A DNA stretch of 64,000 bases from NCBI GenBank assembly GCA_019057795.1, contig JAHLWS010000077.1, positions 32,001 to 96,000 of the forward strand, written 5' to 3'. The notes beneath the pieces are model-generated. The model worked only from the letters and a program-made list of their open reading frames with translations, did not search any database and was not told the DNA's origin. The DNA comes from Promethearchaeota archaeon. Its GTDB lineage: Archaea; Asgardarchaeota; Lokiarchaeia; Sigyniarchaeales; SOKP01. This document shows, in pieces, positions 1 through 10,055 of the stretch (within the stretch, counting starts at the first letter, position 1; each line of letters starts with the position of its first letter). A program made the translations under genes and the position numbers.

Positions 1-2
1 GA

Positions 3-2495
3 CCAAATTTATTAAATGAACATCCTAATCTCTCGTCTTTGAAAATAAAAGCGGTCGATTCGAATCTTAAAGTAAAGTGCTGTGTTCTTGTTGGTTTGGA
101 TTATAACATTAGTGAACCTCGATCTGTTTCTATTGATGGTAAACAAATGCCTTTAAATACTTGGTGGGGTGAGATAGCTTATCAATTAGGAGGTGAAAAA
201 GCGTATAAAAAAATACAATCGAATGATAAAGATTGGATACCGCCCTCTAAGTCTTCTCTTAATGAAGTATTTAAAACGATTGATAACCCGTGTTTAATTC
301 TACTTGATGAGATTGTGCATTATTTAATAAATGTACATAAAAAAAACCCAGAATATTACGGGCTTATGATAAACTTTTTCCAAGTTCTAGTTGAGGAAGT
401 ATCAAATCATCCTAATGTCATTTTAGTTTTTACATTACCTGCTTCTGATTTGGAATTAGTGAATAAATTGGGTCGCCAAGCATTTCATACAATTGATAAA
501 CACACAAAAAGGCATAAAACAACAATCGATCCTGTTCAATATGAAGAAGTATATCATATTATTCGATGTAGGTTATTTGAACCAGTAAATCAATCTCAAG
601 ATGATGGAATAAAAAGAGTTTGCAATGATTATCTAAATTATTATATGTCGAAAAAGAAATTTTTTCCAGAAAAAGTAACTAAAAAAGATATTACTAAGAG
701 ATCTCTTTCTTTCAATGAAAAAATGAATATTGGATATCCTTTTCATCCCGCATTAATCGATGTTTTATATCAAAAATGGGGGCCTCATCCAGATTTTCAA
801 CGGACGCGTGGTATTTTACGAGTTTTTGCTAAAATTTTAAATGCCGCTTATAGAAATATAAAATCGGATATTATCACAATAGGAGATGTTCCCCTAACGG
901 ATGCATCCGTAAAAGGTGAACTGCTTGGATATTTAGGTACTAATTTTGAGCCTGTATTAACAACAGATTTGGGGCGAGCTACTGACCTTGAAGAAAGCCT
1001 AGGTGATGATTATTTAACTTTTCATTTAGGACAAGCGATATTTACAGGCTTTTTTTTCCATTCAATGAGATCTACCACAACTAATATTGGTGCAACAAGA
1101 GAAGAACTATGTTTAGCTATATTAAAACCCAGTATCAAATATCCAGCGTTAGTAATTGATATGTTGGAAGAAATGAAAAATCATTTATTTCATCTTTTCG
1201 AGATGGGAGACAGATATTATTTATTAACACAAGCAAATCCAGTTTCCATGATCTTAGCTGAAAAAGAGAATCTATCTCAAGATACAATTAAAATAGAAGC
1301 TTTCATTGAAAAACTCATGGATAAAGCTATTCCTAAAGCACATAGCGTAATAATTTGGCCTGACGATTCAAAAAATATCCCAGATCAATCCAATATCACG
1401 CTAATCGCAATGAATCCTAACTATTTAGTTCCAAAAGGTTTATCGCTTCTGCCAAATGTTTTTGCTTCTAAAATCGAAGATTGGATGACAACTAGAGGAA
1501 CAGTTCCAAGAGAAAATAAAAATGGGTTAGTTTTTATATTTTTTGAGGAAACCGAATATATAAGCTTAAGGGATAATGTTTTAGACCTAATGGCAATAGA
1601 GAATGTCATTAAGCAAGCTAAAAACAGTTCAATTCTTGAAAAGGCTCAAATAAATGATTTAACGATAAAGAAAAAGAATTTAGAGACATACCTTCCTAAA
1701 TTAATTATTTCCTCTTATTCTTATATTGGTAGACCAACCCTTTCTAATATTGATGGGATTTCGAAGGTAACTCTCTCTTTATATAGTATAGATAATTCTA
1801 AGAGAATTTTTGTTCAACGTATTAAAGAAGAAATGAAAACCCGTGATTGGTTGTTAGATCAAATAGGGCGTAAAATAATTCCCTCGAATTTTTCTGATTA
1901 TATCACTACACATGAACTATGGCAGCGTCAATTCAATGTTCCAGGGCTCGAATTGTATGACGATAAGAAGGTTCTCTTATCTGCTATTCAATCTATTATC
2001 AGTACCACGAAAGAAGGACATGAAAAATTTGGTTTTGGTAATCTTAAAGAAGATCAAAATTTCACTGATAATTTAAAACCTGATGATTTTACCTTCTTTG
2101 CAAAACCGGGAACTCAAGTTCAAATGAGAGATTTGAAAGTCTCGGGAACATCATATCTTATGTCTGAATCCTTTTTAAAAAAAATTGAGTCTAACGCATC
2201 ACCTCCTGAACCCCCGATTGATGAACCACCAATTGACGAACCACCAGGATTATCAGATACAGAAACAAATATAAAATTAAATTTGGATGTTTCATGGGAT
2301 CGTATTAATGATTTAAGAAAGTTTGTGACTTTGTGCAATTTTCTTGGTCAAAAAGATCCAAATACCAGAGGTAAATTCACCCTTGAATTCAAATCAGAAT
2401 CTGCTCTTTCAAAATTAGTTTTTAAAAATTTGAAAAAAGCTTTGGAAGATTTAAAAGTTCTTTGGGGGGATGATATCACAATTGAGTTTGAGTAA
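3..2495 (+). CDS. DUF499-family AAA+ ATPase (5' end outside window)
   Basis: Frame is open from position 3. Motifs TWWGEIAYQLGG, LILLDE (Walker B), YPFHP and FQRTRGILR are typical of DUF499. Walker A is not in the window. Pro-rich linker PPEPPIDEPPIDEPP near the C-terminus. Confidence 0.85.
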   Translation, partial: PNLLNEHPNLSSLKIKAVDSNLKVKCCVLVGLDYNISEPRSVSIDGKQMPLNTWWGEIAYQLGGEKAYKKIQSNDKDWIPPSKSSLNEVFKTIDNPCLILLDEIVHYLINVHKKNPEYYGLMINFFQVLVEEVSNHPNVILVFTLPASDLELVNKLGRQAFHTIDKHTKRHKTTIDPVQYEEVYHIIRCRLFEPVNQSQDDGIKRVCNDYLNYYMSKKKFFPEKVTKKDITKRSLSFNEKMNIGYPFHPALIDVLYQKWGPHPDFQRTRGILRVFAKILNAAYRNIKSDIITIGDVPLTDASVKGELLGYLGTNFEPVLTTDLGRATDLEESLGDDYLTFHLGQAIFTGFFFHSMRSTTTNIGATREELCLAILKPSIKYPALVIDMLEEMKNHLFHLFEMGDRYYLLTQANPVSMILAEKENLSQDTIKIEAFIEKLMDKAIPKAHSVIIWPDDSKNIPDQSNITLIAMNPNYLVPKGLSLLPNVFASKIEDWMTTRGTVPRENKNGLVFIFFEETEYISLRDNVLDLMAIENVIKQAKNSSILEKAQINDLTIKKKNLETYLPKLIISSYSYIGRPTLSNIDGISKVTLSLYSIDNSKRIFVQRIKEEMKTRDWLLDQIGRKIIPSNFSDYITTHELWQRQFNVPGLELYDDKKVLLSAIQSIISTTKEGHEKFGFGNLKEDQNFTDNLKPDDFTFFAKPGTQVQMRDLKVSGTSYLMSESFLKKIESNASPPEPPIDEPPIDEPPGLSDTETNIKLNLDVSWDRINDLRKFVTLCNFLGQKDPNTRGKFTLEFKSESALSKLVFKNLKKALEDLKVLWGDDITIEFE

Positions 2496-2506
2496 TCCTC
2501 TTAAAT

Positions 2507-3106
2507 TTAATCCAGAGGAGAGATTATAACAAAATATAATGAATTTTTACAAAGTAATATCTTTTTATTATTTTGAAGAATTGAGATATTTTTTTTAAGA
2601 ATTCTACAAGCTTCACCAAGATGGAGAAAATTATAGTATTTATTATGAAAAAAAACTATGATTTGAGAATTTCTACTTTCAACCAACTCAAGAAATTTAT
2701 CCCTATTAAAATCTAGCCCTTTCAATGAAAAGGAATTAGATATTTTTCTATCTGATAATACTTTTTCAAAAGAATCAAGCGCTCCAAATATCATTGATTT
2801 CTTTTTGTTGACAAATCCAATATTATTTTTTAAAGCAATCCATTCATCTCCTAATTCTTCTACTAAACTTTCATAAGAAACCTCGTTCGATGTATTTTGG
2901 TTGTCTAATTCAGCTTCAGTTTCTTTCTTTTTAGATATTCTATCTAAAGATTTATGTAAAGACTCAATATTTAAGTTTTGATTGTCTGTAGTACTATTAA
3001 GGTTATTAAAAAATCGCTTTAAATTCAATTGAATTATTTTTTTTTCATTCATTATATCTTTTTCTTTTTTACAATCCATTTTACATATATATATACTCAA
3101 AATCAT
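2507..3106 (-). CDS. hypothetical protein
   Basis: 199-aa ORF converging on the DUF499 gene; no recognised motif; start uncertain. Confidence 0.5.
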   Translation of the reverse strand: MILSIYICKMDCKKEKDIMNEKKIIQLNLKRFFNNLNSTTDNQNLNIESLHKSLDRISKKKETEAELDNQNTSNEVSYESLVEELGDEWIALKNNIGFVNKKKSMIFGALDSFEKVLSDRKISNSFSLKGLDFNRDKFLELVESRNSQIIVFFHNKYYNFLHLGEACRILKKNISILQNNKKILLCKNSLYFVIISPLD

Positions 3107-3354
3107 TCTCTCTTTTTGTAATAATCTTATTGATCTATTATTCTATTAATAAATCCGCAGATTTTATTAAGAGATAAATAAAATTTATAATGATTTTAAC
3201 TACTATAATTTCTTCTTATTTAAACAAAAAAAAGACCTTGAAAATTTGGGGATAAATATTGGGTTAGCTTATTTTTTTTCAGTTTTTAAAAGATTTAAAT
3301 TTCGCTTGAATCAGTATTTTTTAATTAATAAAAATCATATTTGATTTCTTTACA

Positions 3355-3489
3355 CTAATCTTCATCTTGATCGTCTTTATTTTCCTGATGATTTGGATTC
3401 AATTGATCAGAACGATTATCCATTGAAGCTTGGTATGCTGGATTGTTTGGATTCATGCTATTGGACCTATCATCATTTCTTTTTCCCAT
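3355..3489 (-). CDS. 44-aa small protein with two D[DN]RS..[ML]NPN repeats (not in ORF track)
   Basis: Manual translation gives MGKRNDDRSNSMNPNNPAYQASMDNRSDQLNPNHQENKDDQDED*. A GAGGTGA ribosome-binding site lies just upstream of the ATG. Confidence 0.75.
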   Translation of the reverse strand: MGKRNDDRSNSMNPNNPAYQASMDNRSDQLNPNHQENKDDQDED

Positions 3490-3550
3490 TATTTCTCACC
3501 TCTTCTCCTTGTCGATTTTTTTTTCACCCATTAACAAAAAAATAAGATCA

Positions 3551-3583
3551 TTTATAAATATTATTGATTTAGATCAATAATAT
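3551..3583. promoter_or_regulatory. TATA-like element plus 11-bp inverted repeat (candidate operator)
   Basis: TTTATAAA at 3551-3558 abuts ATATTATTGAT-ttag-ATCAATAATAT (3558-3583), between the divergent small ORF and the CARF gene. Confidence 0.55.
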
Positions 3584-3650
3584 AGAGAAAAAACAATATT
3601 TAAATTTGAAAAACTCCAATAATAAATAAAGATGAATAAAGTGATTTCTA

Positions 3651-4316
3651 ATGAAAATACAAATTGCTACTTTTGCAGGGGTTCCGAGTCATATTTATGA
3701 TGCAGAAAAACATTTCCATGCAGAAAAACTATTTTTAATCCTTAGTGATGAAAATAAAGATGATAACTACCAAGAGAATCAAGAATTTATTTCAAATATT
3801 AATGAAGTATCTCAATTTTACGGAAAATTAAATGTTCCCATTATGAAGGTGTATGTGAACTATAAGAACTTTATAGAAATGACATTTAAGTTGGCTAATC
3901 TTCTAAGAGAATTTCAAGAAGGTGATGAGATTTTATTAAATCTAAGCGGTGGTAGAAGATCAATGCCGATCTCATTAATCTATGCGGGAACATTTATTAG
4001 TAATTTCAAAGATATTAATATTAAGTGTGTAGTAATTCCAGAAGATAAAACTTATGAACCATTCAATCTACTTCCAAACTATTTACCAGACAGTATTGAT
4101 GTTAAATTAATGTCTAAATTATCGGAGAAAAAGCCATTAACTGAATTAGAAGAATTTTTAGGAATAAAACAGCCTACAATTTCAATGAGGCTCAAGCGAC
4201 TAGAAAAGTATGAATACATTATCCTTAATGGTAGAGAAAGGAATTTAACAGATTTAGGACACATGGTGGTAGATATTAACGTATCAAGGTTAAATAATAT
4301 AAAGGAGAAAAACTAA
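3651..4316 (+). CDS. CARF-wHTH protein (Csa3-like transcriptional regulator)
   Basis: CARF motif LLNLSGGRRSM; C-terminal wHTH LTELEEFLGIKQPTISMRLKRLEK...LTDLG. Confidence 0.8.
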   Translation: MKIQIATFAGVPSHIYDAEKHFHAEKLFLILSDENKDDNYQENQEFISNINEVSQFYGKLNVPIMKVYVNYKNFIEMTFKLANLLREFQEGDEILLNLSGGRRSMPISLIYAGTFISNFKDINIKCVVIPEDKTYEPFNLLPNYLPDSIDVKLMSKLSEKKPLTELEEFLGIKQPTISMRLKRLEKYEYIILNGRERNLTDLGHMVVDINVSRLNNIKEKN

Positions 4317-4317
4317 G

Positions 4318-5172
4318 ATGATTACTTGGATAACAACGGTAGGTTGGAGCCCTTTTGCTGTAATCAATCCAGTTTGGGCGTATTGCAAGGAATTTAAGGA
4401 GTGCCCAAGTAAGTTTATATTGGTTCATACTGAAAATGAAAGAATTAAAAAAAACCTCTCTCTTGTTAAATCTTATCTCAAGGAGATCGCTTGGGGGTAT
4501 TCGAATGAAAATTTTTTGGAAAATAATATAATTATCCATCAAATTGATGGTGAAGATATTCAAAATTATGCTAATACTCTAAAAAAAATAATCTCAACAG
4601 AAATAGATAACAGTCCTAAAAAAATCATCTTAGATATGACACCTGGGAGAAAATACATGTCTGCGATTAACGTATATTATGGTCTACAGAGATCCAATAT
4701 TCCAATCCAAGTTTTCTATTTACACCTAGAAGAGAGTAGATATCAAGATGTCCCATATCCTTTAACTCCTATTATTAAAAATGATTTGGTAGATATAATC
4801 GATTCAACGGAGATATTTACTAAAGACATAGGAGAACTCAAAGATAGCAAAGTAGAGATTGGAAATGAGCAATTGGATGATATTGTGAAGCGAATTGGAA
4901 GTGATCAAGAGAGAAGGGAAAAATTGATTTTACTGGCAATTTCAAAGGGATTAAGTTCCAAAAATAAAATAAGCCGATTTCTATATGACGAGGGCGATTC
5001 TATCCAAGGCTCTGAACTTAGAAAACTAATAAAGAAATTAGAAAGTAAAAACCTAATAAAAACTACAAAAATGAGGAATAAAGCAACAGAGTATCTCGGA
5101 TATAAAATAATAGAGAAGGGTTTAGATTTATTAAAAAAAATCCAAAGAGAGAATAGAAATGAAAGAAAATAA
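4318..5172 (+). CDS. CARF domain protein with C-terminal wHTH
   Basis: N-terminal ITTVGWSP and LDMTPGRKYM CARF motifs; C-terminal wHTH. Confidence 0.75.
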   Translation: MITWITTVGWSPFAVINPVWAYCKEFKECPSKFILVHTENERIKKNLSLVKSYLKEIAWGYSNENFLENNIIIHQIDGEDIQNYANTLKKIISTEIDNSPKKIILDMTPGRKYMSAINVYYGLQRSNIPIQVFYLHLEESRYQDVPYPLTPIIKNDLVDIIDSTEIFTKDIGELKDSKVEIGNEQLDDIVKRIGSDQERREKLILLAISKGLSSKNKISRFLYDEGDSIQGSELRKLIKKLESKNLIKTTKMRNKATEYLGYKIIEKGLDLLKKIQRENRNERK

Positions 5173-6247
5173 TGCAACTCTATCAATTCAACAGTCAATG
5201 CTGCTGTTGAATGAATTATATTTGGATGCTAAAACGAGATTTGTGATAAAAGACTGCTTATATGGATTAGAATTAATGGAAGTCGAGTTATCTGAGAAAG
5301 TTGATATTAATATTTGGGTTAAACCCAAAGACATTGAAGATGCATACAATAAGATAATTCCAAAATACGCCTATGAATTTCCAAACAAATTTGATTATTT
5401 TGATATATTTCTACGCTCTGGATTCTTTTTTAATAATTACTATCAGAAATTTTTTGAAAATAGTATAAATGCAAATGAAGATACAAATTTATTAGAAGGA
5501 GATTTACCTATTGCACTTGCATTTGATACAAATTTATATTACAATCTGTTCTTCGATCAATTAACCGAATTGCTCCGCAAAAGATATGGATCTCCTCCTT
5601 ATTTGATAAATTTTTTATGTTCGACTGGTGTTAAAAAAGAGCTGACGGGGTATGAATGGAAATATAAATCAAACGATATAGAAGATTTTAAGGAAATTTG
5701 TAAAGATCCTGATGTAATTGATAACTTTCTCAATCAAAATAAACTCAGATCAAGATTATGGCATCTAGGACATGTAGATTATTTAGATTCGATTGATTCA
5801 ACTCAGTCAAAAATAGTTGATATGGATAAAACCATAGAAACTGATGATATGGATTCTAAAATTCTTGAGGGTCTTGTCGAATATATTAACCAGCAAAATA
5901 TTAAACTTTACTTGTATAGCCAAGATTCCGACTTCATTTCGAGAGCTAAAGGGAATCGAAACGTCATTCCTATTTATTTGGATAAGATTCCGTTTCATAA
6001 GCTAAATAGTCGATTATCTTGCGAATGGGAGCAATTTGCAAAGTTACTTTATGTAATATTAATTACATTTGGAGCTATTCGACTGGAATTTGAAGATTCT
6101 GCCTTATCCACTTTTGGTATTTGGAAAGGAAAGAAATACCATCATTGGCTCGATAAGAGCATAAAGATTGTATCAAAAGATAATATTATAACTAATATCC
6201 AAAAGGACCTACAAATCCTTGAGAATATAAAATTTAAGGAGGTATAA
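5159..6247 (+). CDS. PIN-domain ribonuclease-like protein
   Basis: ALAFDTN, later D..I and SQDSDF acidic PIN motifs; overlaps the upstream CARF gene by 14 nt. Confidence 0.7.
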   Translation: MKENNATLSIQQSMLLLNELYLDAKTRFVIKDCLYGLELMEVELSEKVDINIWVKPKDIEDAYNKIIPKYAYEFPNKFDYFDIFLRSGFFFNNYYQKFFENSINANEDTNLLEGDLPIALAFDTNLYYNLFFDQLTELLRKRYGSPPYLINFLCSTGVKKELTGYEWKYKSNDIEDFKEICKDPDVIDNFLNQNKLRSRLWHLGHVDYLDSIDSTQSKIVDMDKTIETDDMDSKILEGLVEYINQQNIKLYLYSQDSDFISRAKGNRNVIPIYLDKIPFHKLNSRLSCEWEQFAKLLYVILITFGAIRLEFEDSALSTFGIWKGKKYHHWLDKSIKIVSKDNIITNIQKDLQILENIKFKEV

Positions 6248-6331
6248 CATACATGCGTAATCACTTCTATTTCTATATCGGAAGATATGAAAAATTGTAT
6301 TCTTTAAATGATAGCAATTATTTAGGGGAGG

Positions 6332-8923
6332 TTGTCTACTATTAGTTATCTTTACTACGAAAATCTACCAGATATTGAGGAAATTGAAAGATTTCGAAAA
6401 GATTGTTTTTATAATTTATCAGATTTTATTAGATTTTTGAATGTTTCTAAATATGCACAACTTAATAGAGTAATTAAACTCTCTTATCGAATTCTATCAA
6501 GTGAGCAAGTTAATAAAATGTTCAAAGATATGCATTTTAAGTTTTGGGAAGTTTATGGATATGAAATGGAAGATATAATTAATGATTACACCGAAGATGG
6601 TATTTTTATTGAAATTTTTGATCCAACGGGAAAAGCTGATAAACATATTTTTGAAGATTTTATTAAATCATCTATTATAACGGATATCGAGCCGAATTTT
6701 AATGATAGAGAAAATTGGATTAATGTGATACAAAGTTATCCTTTATATAATATACTTCAAATTGATCGAGAACCAGAGTCTAAATGGATTTATTTTAAAC
6801 CTAATACCTATGATATACAGCGACAAATTAACGCAATTCATAATCTTCAAAGCAAGCCTAGAAGAGAACATTTACCCTTGTTAAAACTATTTGTAAGTAA
6901 GCAAAGGACCATATGGCCCAATTTTGATCGAGTTAAGATTAAGAATTGGAAGTTATTAAGTGATCCAAATTTTCCTGGAATTACCAATCAAAGAAATTAC
7001 GTTCAAATAGCATTGGGTACTCCGGATTTCGCACTTTTAGAAGGACCACCTGGTTCAGGCAAAACTCATACCATTTGTGAGATAATACTTCAAGCTATAG
7101 AAAGAAATATGAGAATATTATTATGTGCCTCTACTCATGTTGCTGTGGACAATGTTTTAGAGTATTTAATGGATAGAGATGAAGTAATTGCGGTGAGAAT
7201 TGGTAATCAAAATAGTAAATCAATATCTCCTGATGCTAAGAAATATTTATTAAGTAATAGAACAATTACCGAAAGAAAAAGATTAATCAAAAAGTTAACA
7301 GAACTTGGAGAAGACAAAAATAAAGGTCAGAAGTATTTCTTAAATGTATTAAAATCTACTGATGGTGAATCTGAAGTAGAACGTATGATCTTAGATAATG
7401 CAAATTTAGTATGTGGTACGGTAATTGGAATATTGCAACACCCAGACATAAAATCTGAAATAAATACTCCCCAAGCTGTATTCGATGTTCTAATTATTGA
7501 TGAAGCAAGCAAGACAACACTCCAAGAATTTATTGTACCTGCTATGTATTGTAGTAAATGGATATTAGTTGGAGATATAAAGCAACTTTCTCCTTTTGTA
7601 GATGATCTAATAGTAAGAAAAACAATAGATGGATTTCTTAATGATGACGAAAAAAACATCTGTAGAGATGCATTTTGTTCTTGGAAATATCCTAAATTCA
7701 ATACTATTATATCAGAATCAGATCAAAAGATTAGAGACCTATACAAAGAACAGTTTCAATCGTTAGGCCTTGAATTTTTAGATTTAGATGAACAAGTTGA
7801 AGAAAAGATTTCCAATTTCTTAGCTCATCAAATTTTTATTGGAACTCCCGAAATGATCAAAAAATATGAAAAAAATTTACCAATGGATGCTTATTTAAGA
7901 GGAGGAGGTTTTTTCCTTAGATTGAAATATGCACACTCGTATTGGCAAAAAATTTTTGAGAAAGAGAAATATTCAAATAGATTTAAGGGAAATTTTGGGG
8001 AAATATTATCTTGGCGTTTAATTAGTTTATTCAATTTAAGGTTTGCTGAGAGAGATCTTAAAAAACAAGAGTTTTTAGAGGATATTGAGAAAATACTTCC
8101 AAATTGGAAGGATAAATATGAAAAAAACCAATTACGATATGATTTTTTACTTCTAAAAAAAATTGCATTTCCCTCAATACTTGAAATTCTACAAGAGGGT
8201 TTTTATGAATATAAAGCAGAAAATCAGCCTTATTTTAAGCATACCGTATCAAGTCATGGTTTCAATCTTGAGGATAAAGAAAGGCGCTATGAAATTTTAG
8301 AATATCAACATCGTATGCATCCTGAAATTTCAAAATTTCCAAGAGAGAATATATATAAAGGAGAAGCATTAAGGGATAATCCTAATTTATCTGTAGAGAG
8401 AGAATGGAAATATCAAAAATATACATCAAGAACTATTTGGGTTAATGTTCTGGAAAGAAATAAATCTAAAATAAATATTAATCTAAAGGAAGCTCAAAGA
8501 CTACTAGAAGAATTAACTTCCTTTTTAAATTTCTCTAAAGATAATCCTAAAGACGGAAATGATTATTGGGAAATCGCAGTCCTAACATTTTACAGCTATC
8601 AAGAAGATTATTTGCGTACTATCATAAATAGGAAATATAATATAAAGTTAAATTTACAGGAATTTGAATTACCAAATTATAATGCGAGATTAAGTATTTG
8701 TACTGTTGATAGATTTCAAGGTCATGAAGCAGACATTGTTTTCTTATCATTTGTTAAGACAAATAGCGTAGGATTTCTAAACTCGATAAATAGACTTAAT
8801 GTGGCAATAACTAGAGCTAGATATCAATTAGTAATGATTGGTAATAAAAAATTCTTTTTTAATCAAAAAATTTCGTCTACACTTAAGGAATTAGCGGAAA
8901 TTAAAGATGATATAAGTATTTAG
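6332..8923 (+). CDS. DNA2/NAM7 (Upf1-like) superfamily 1 helicase
   Basis: GPPGSGKT, IIDEAS, LVGDIKQL, QHRMHPEIS, TVDRFQGHEAD, NRLNVAITRAR. The true start may be ATG 6253, which has a strong RBS but is in another frame. Confidence 0.9.
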   Translation: MSTISYLYYENLPDIEEIERFRKDCFYNLSDFIRFLNVSKYAQLNRVIKLSYRILSSEQVNKMFKDMHFKFWEVYGYEMEDIINDYTEDGIFIEIFDPTGKADKHIFEDFIKSSIITDIEPNFNDRENWINVIQSYPLYNILQIDREPESKWIYFKPNTYDIQRQINAIHNLQSKPRREHLPLLKLFVSKQRTIWPNFDRVKIKNWKLLSDPNFPGITNQRNYVQIALGTPDFALLEGPPGSGKTHTICEIILQAIERNMRILLCASTHVAVDNVLEYLMDRDEVIAVRIGNQNSKSISPDAKKYLLSNRTITERKRLIKKLTELGEDKNKGQKYFLNVLKSTDGESEVERMILDNANLVCGTVIGILQHPDIKSEINTPQAVFDVLIIDEASKTTLQEFIVPAMYCSKWILVGDIKQLSPFVDDLIVRKTIDGFLNDDEKNICRDAFCSWKYPKFNTIISESDQKIRDLYKEQFQSLGLEFLDLDEQVEEKISNFLAHQIFIGTPEMIKKYEKNLPMDAYLRGGGFFLRLKYAHSYWQKIFEKEKYSNRFKGNFGEILSWRLISLFNLRFAERDLKKQEFLEDIEKILPNWKDKYEKNQLRYDFLLLKKIAFPSILEILQEGFYEYKAENQPYFKHTVSSHGFNLEDKERRYEILEYQHRMHPEISKFPRENIYKGEALRDNPNLSVEREWKYQKYTSRTIWVNVLERNKSKININLKEAQRLLEELTSFLNFSKDNPKDGNDYWEIAVLTFYSYQEDYLRTIINRKYNIKLNLQEFELPNYNARLSICTVDRFQGHEADIVFLSFVKTNSVGFLNSINRLNVAITRARYQLVMIGNKKFFFNQKISSTLKELAEIKDDISI

Positions 8924-8936
8924 TAGGAGGATTATT

Positions 8937-10055
8937 ATGGAAATTATTTTAAAAAAAAAAATAAAAGTAAAAAAATTTAAAGCTCTCATTGATATAGGCG
9001 TTAAAGAAAAGCGGACAGATATTGTCGCACTTCTAATGATTGCGAAATCTCATGGTGATGTATTATCTGAAAAGATTATTTTTAATGAATTTATTTTTCG
9101 AGAGAATAGAACTATAGCTAAACGTATTCTTCAGAGATGTCAAGATTTAGGCGTAATCGATGAAAATCTTAAAATAACAAAAGATGGTATAAATGCTCGA
9201 GAGGATGGAATGATATATCGCCCATATACAGGGACTTATTATGTATGGGCAACTAAAGATCCATTATTACCCCAAAGAATACTAAACATAGAAATAGTAG
9301 GAGAAAAAATCAATTTTAAAAAAGAAATTTTGGGACCGAGAAACCCAGAGGGAGTTACCATAGAAAAAAATATTGAATCTTTACCAGAGTGGTTAAAAGA
9401 TACTGAAAAAATAAAAAATATTAAACTTCTTGATGAAAAAAAAAGAGATATCAGGATTGAATCTATTCAGGAGAAAATTGAGCCTATATCTGTTTCCGAA
9501 GAATTAAAAGCTCAAATAAAATTAAAAACTCATTCTAAATTGATTAAATTCACGGAACTCTTTGAGGATGAAAGGGAATTATCTATATTTCCTGATATTC
9601 GCTCAGTATGGGAGCAACTAATAGGAAATAGATATGAGCAATGGAATTGGGATGACGAAACTCTAAAAGTAAGTTTAAAAGAATTAAACGAAAAGGAGAT
9701 ATTATCATTTATTAAAAAATTTGAATTTGATTCCCCCAAAATCGAGAATTTCGGTAGTTTTAATGATTTTTCTCTGAATCTTAACATTAGACCGCAATCA
9801 GACGCAGAAGCAGAGTCTTGGGCTAATAAGTTATTAGAGAATCAAATTAAAGAATACATGTTCCCGAATACATTTGAGAATTATAAAGAAGGAATAAATA
9901 AGAAATTTAAGGACTACAAAATCAAATTTCAGGATTTAGATGAATTATCTATGAGATTTATTGATAAAATTTTAGAAGATGAAGTCCCAAATGAGCTTTG
10001 GTTTGTCCAGGCACCATTAGATGTCTTTCCTATAAAAAACGAAGGAGATGATTAA
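8937..10055 (+). CDS. hypothetical protein between helicase and PLD (possible N-terminal wHTH)
   Basis: 372-aa ORF with AGGAGG RBS, tightly coupled to its neighbours. Confidence 0.7.
   Translation: MEIILKKKIKVKKFKALIDIGVKEKRTDIVALLMIAKSHGDVLSEKIIFNEFIFRENRTIAKRILQRCQDLGVIDENLKITKDGINAREDGMIYRPYTGTYYVWATKDPLLPQRILNIEIVGEKINFKKEILGPRNPEGVTIEKNIESLPEWLKDTEKIKNIKLLDEKKRDIRIESIQEKIEPISVSEELKAQIKLKTHSKLIKFTELFEDERELSIFPDIRSVWEQLIGNRYEQWNWDDETLKVSLKELNEKEILSFIKKFEFDSPKIENFGSFNDFSLNLNIRPQSDAEAESWANKLLENQIKEYMFPNTFENYKEGINKKFKDYKIKFQDLDELSMRFIDKILEDEVPNELWFVQAPLDVFPIKNEGDD

Noticed and set aside
3651-5172. Evidence of a CRISPR-Cas locus from the Csa3-like CARF genes
   Set aside because: No cas core genes or repeats are visible in the window.
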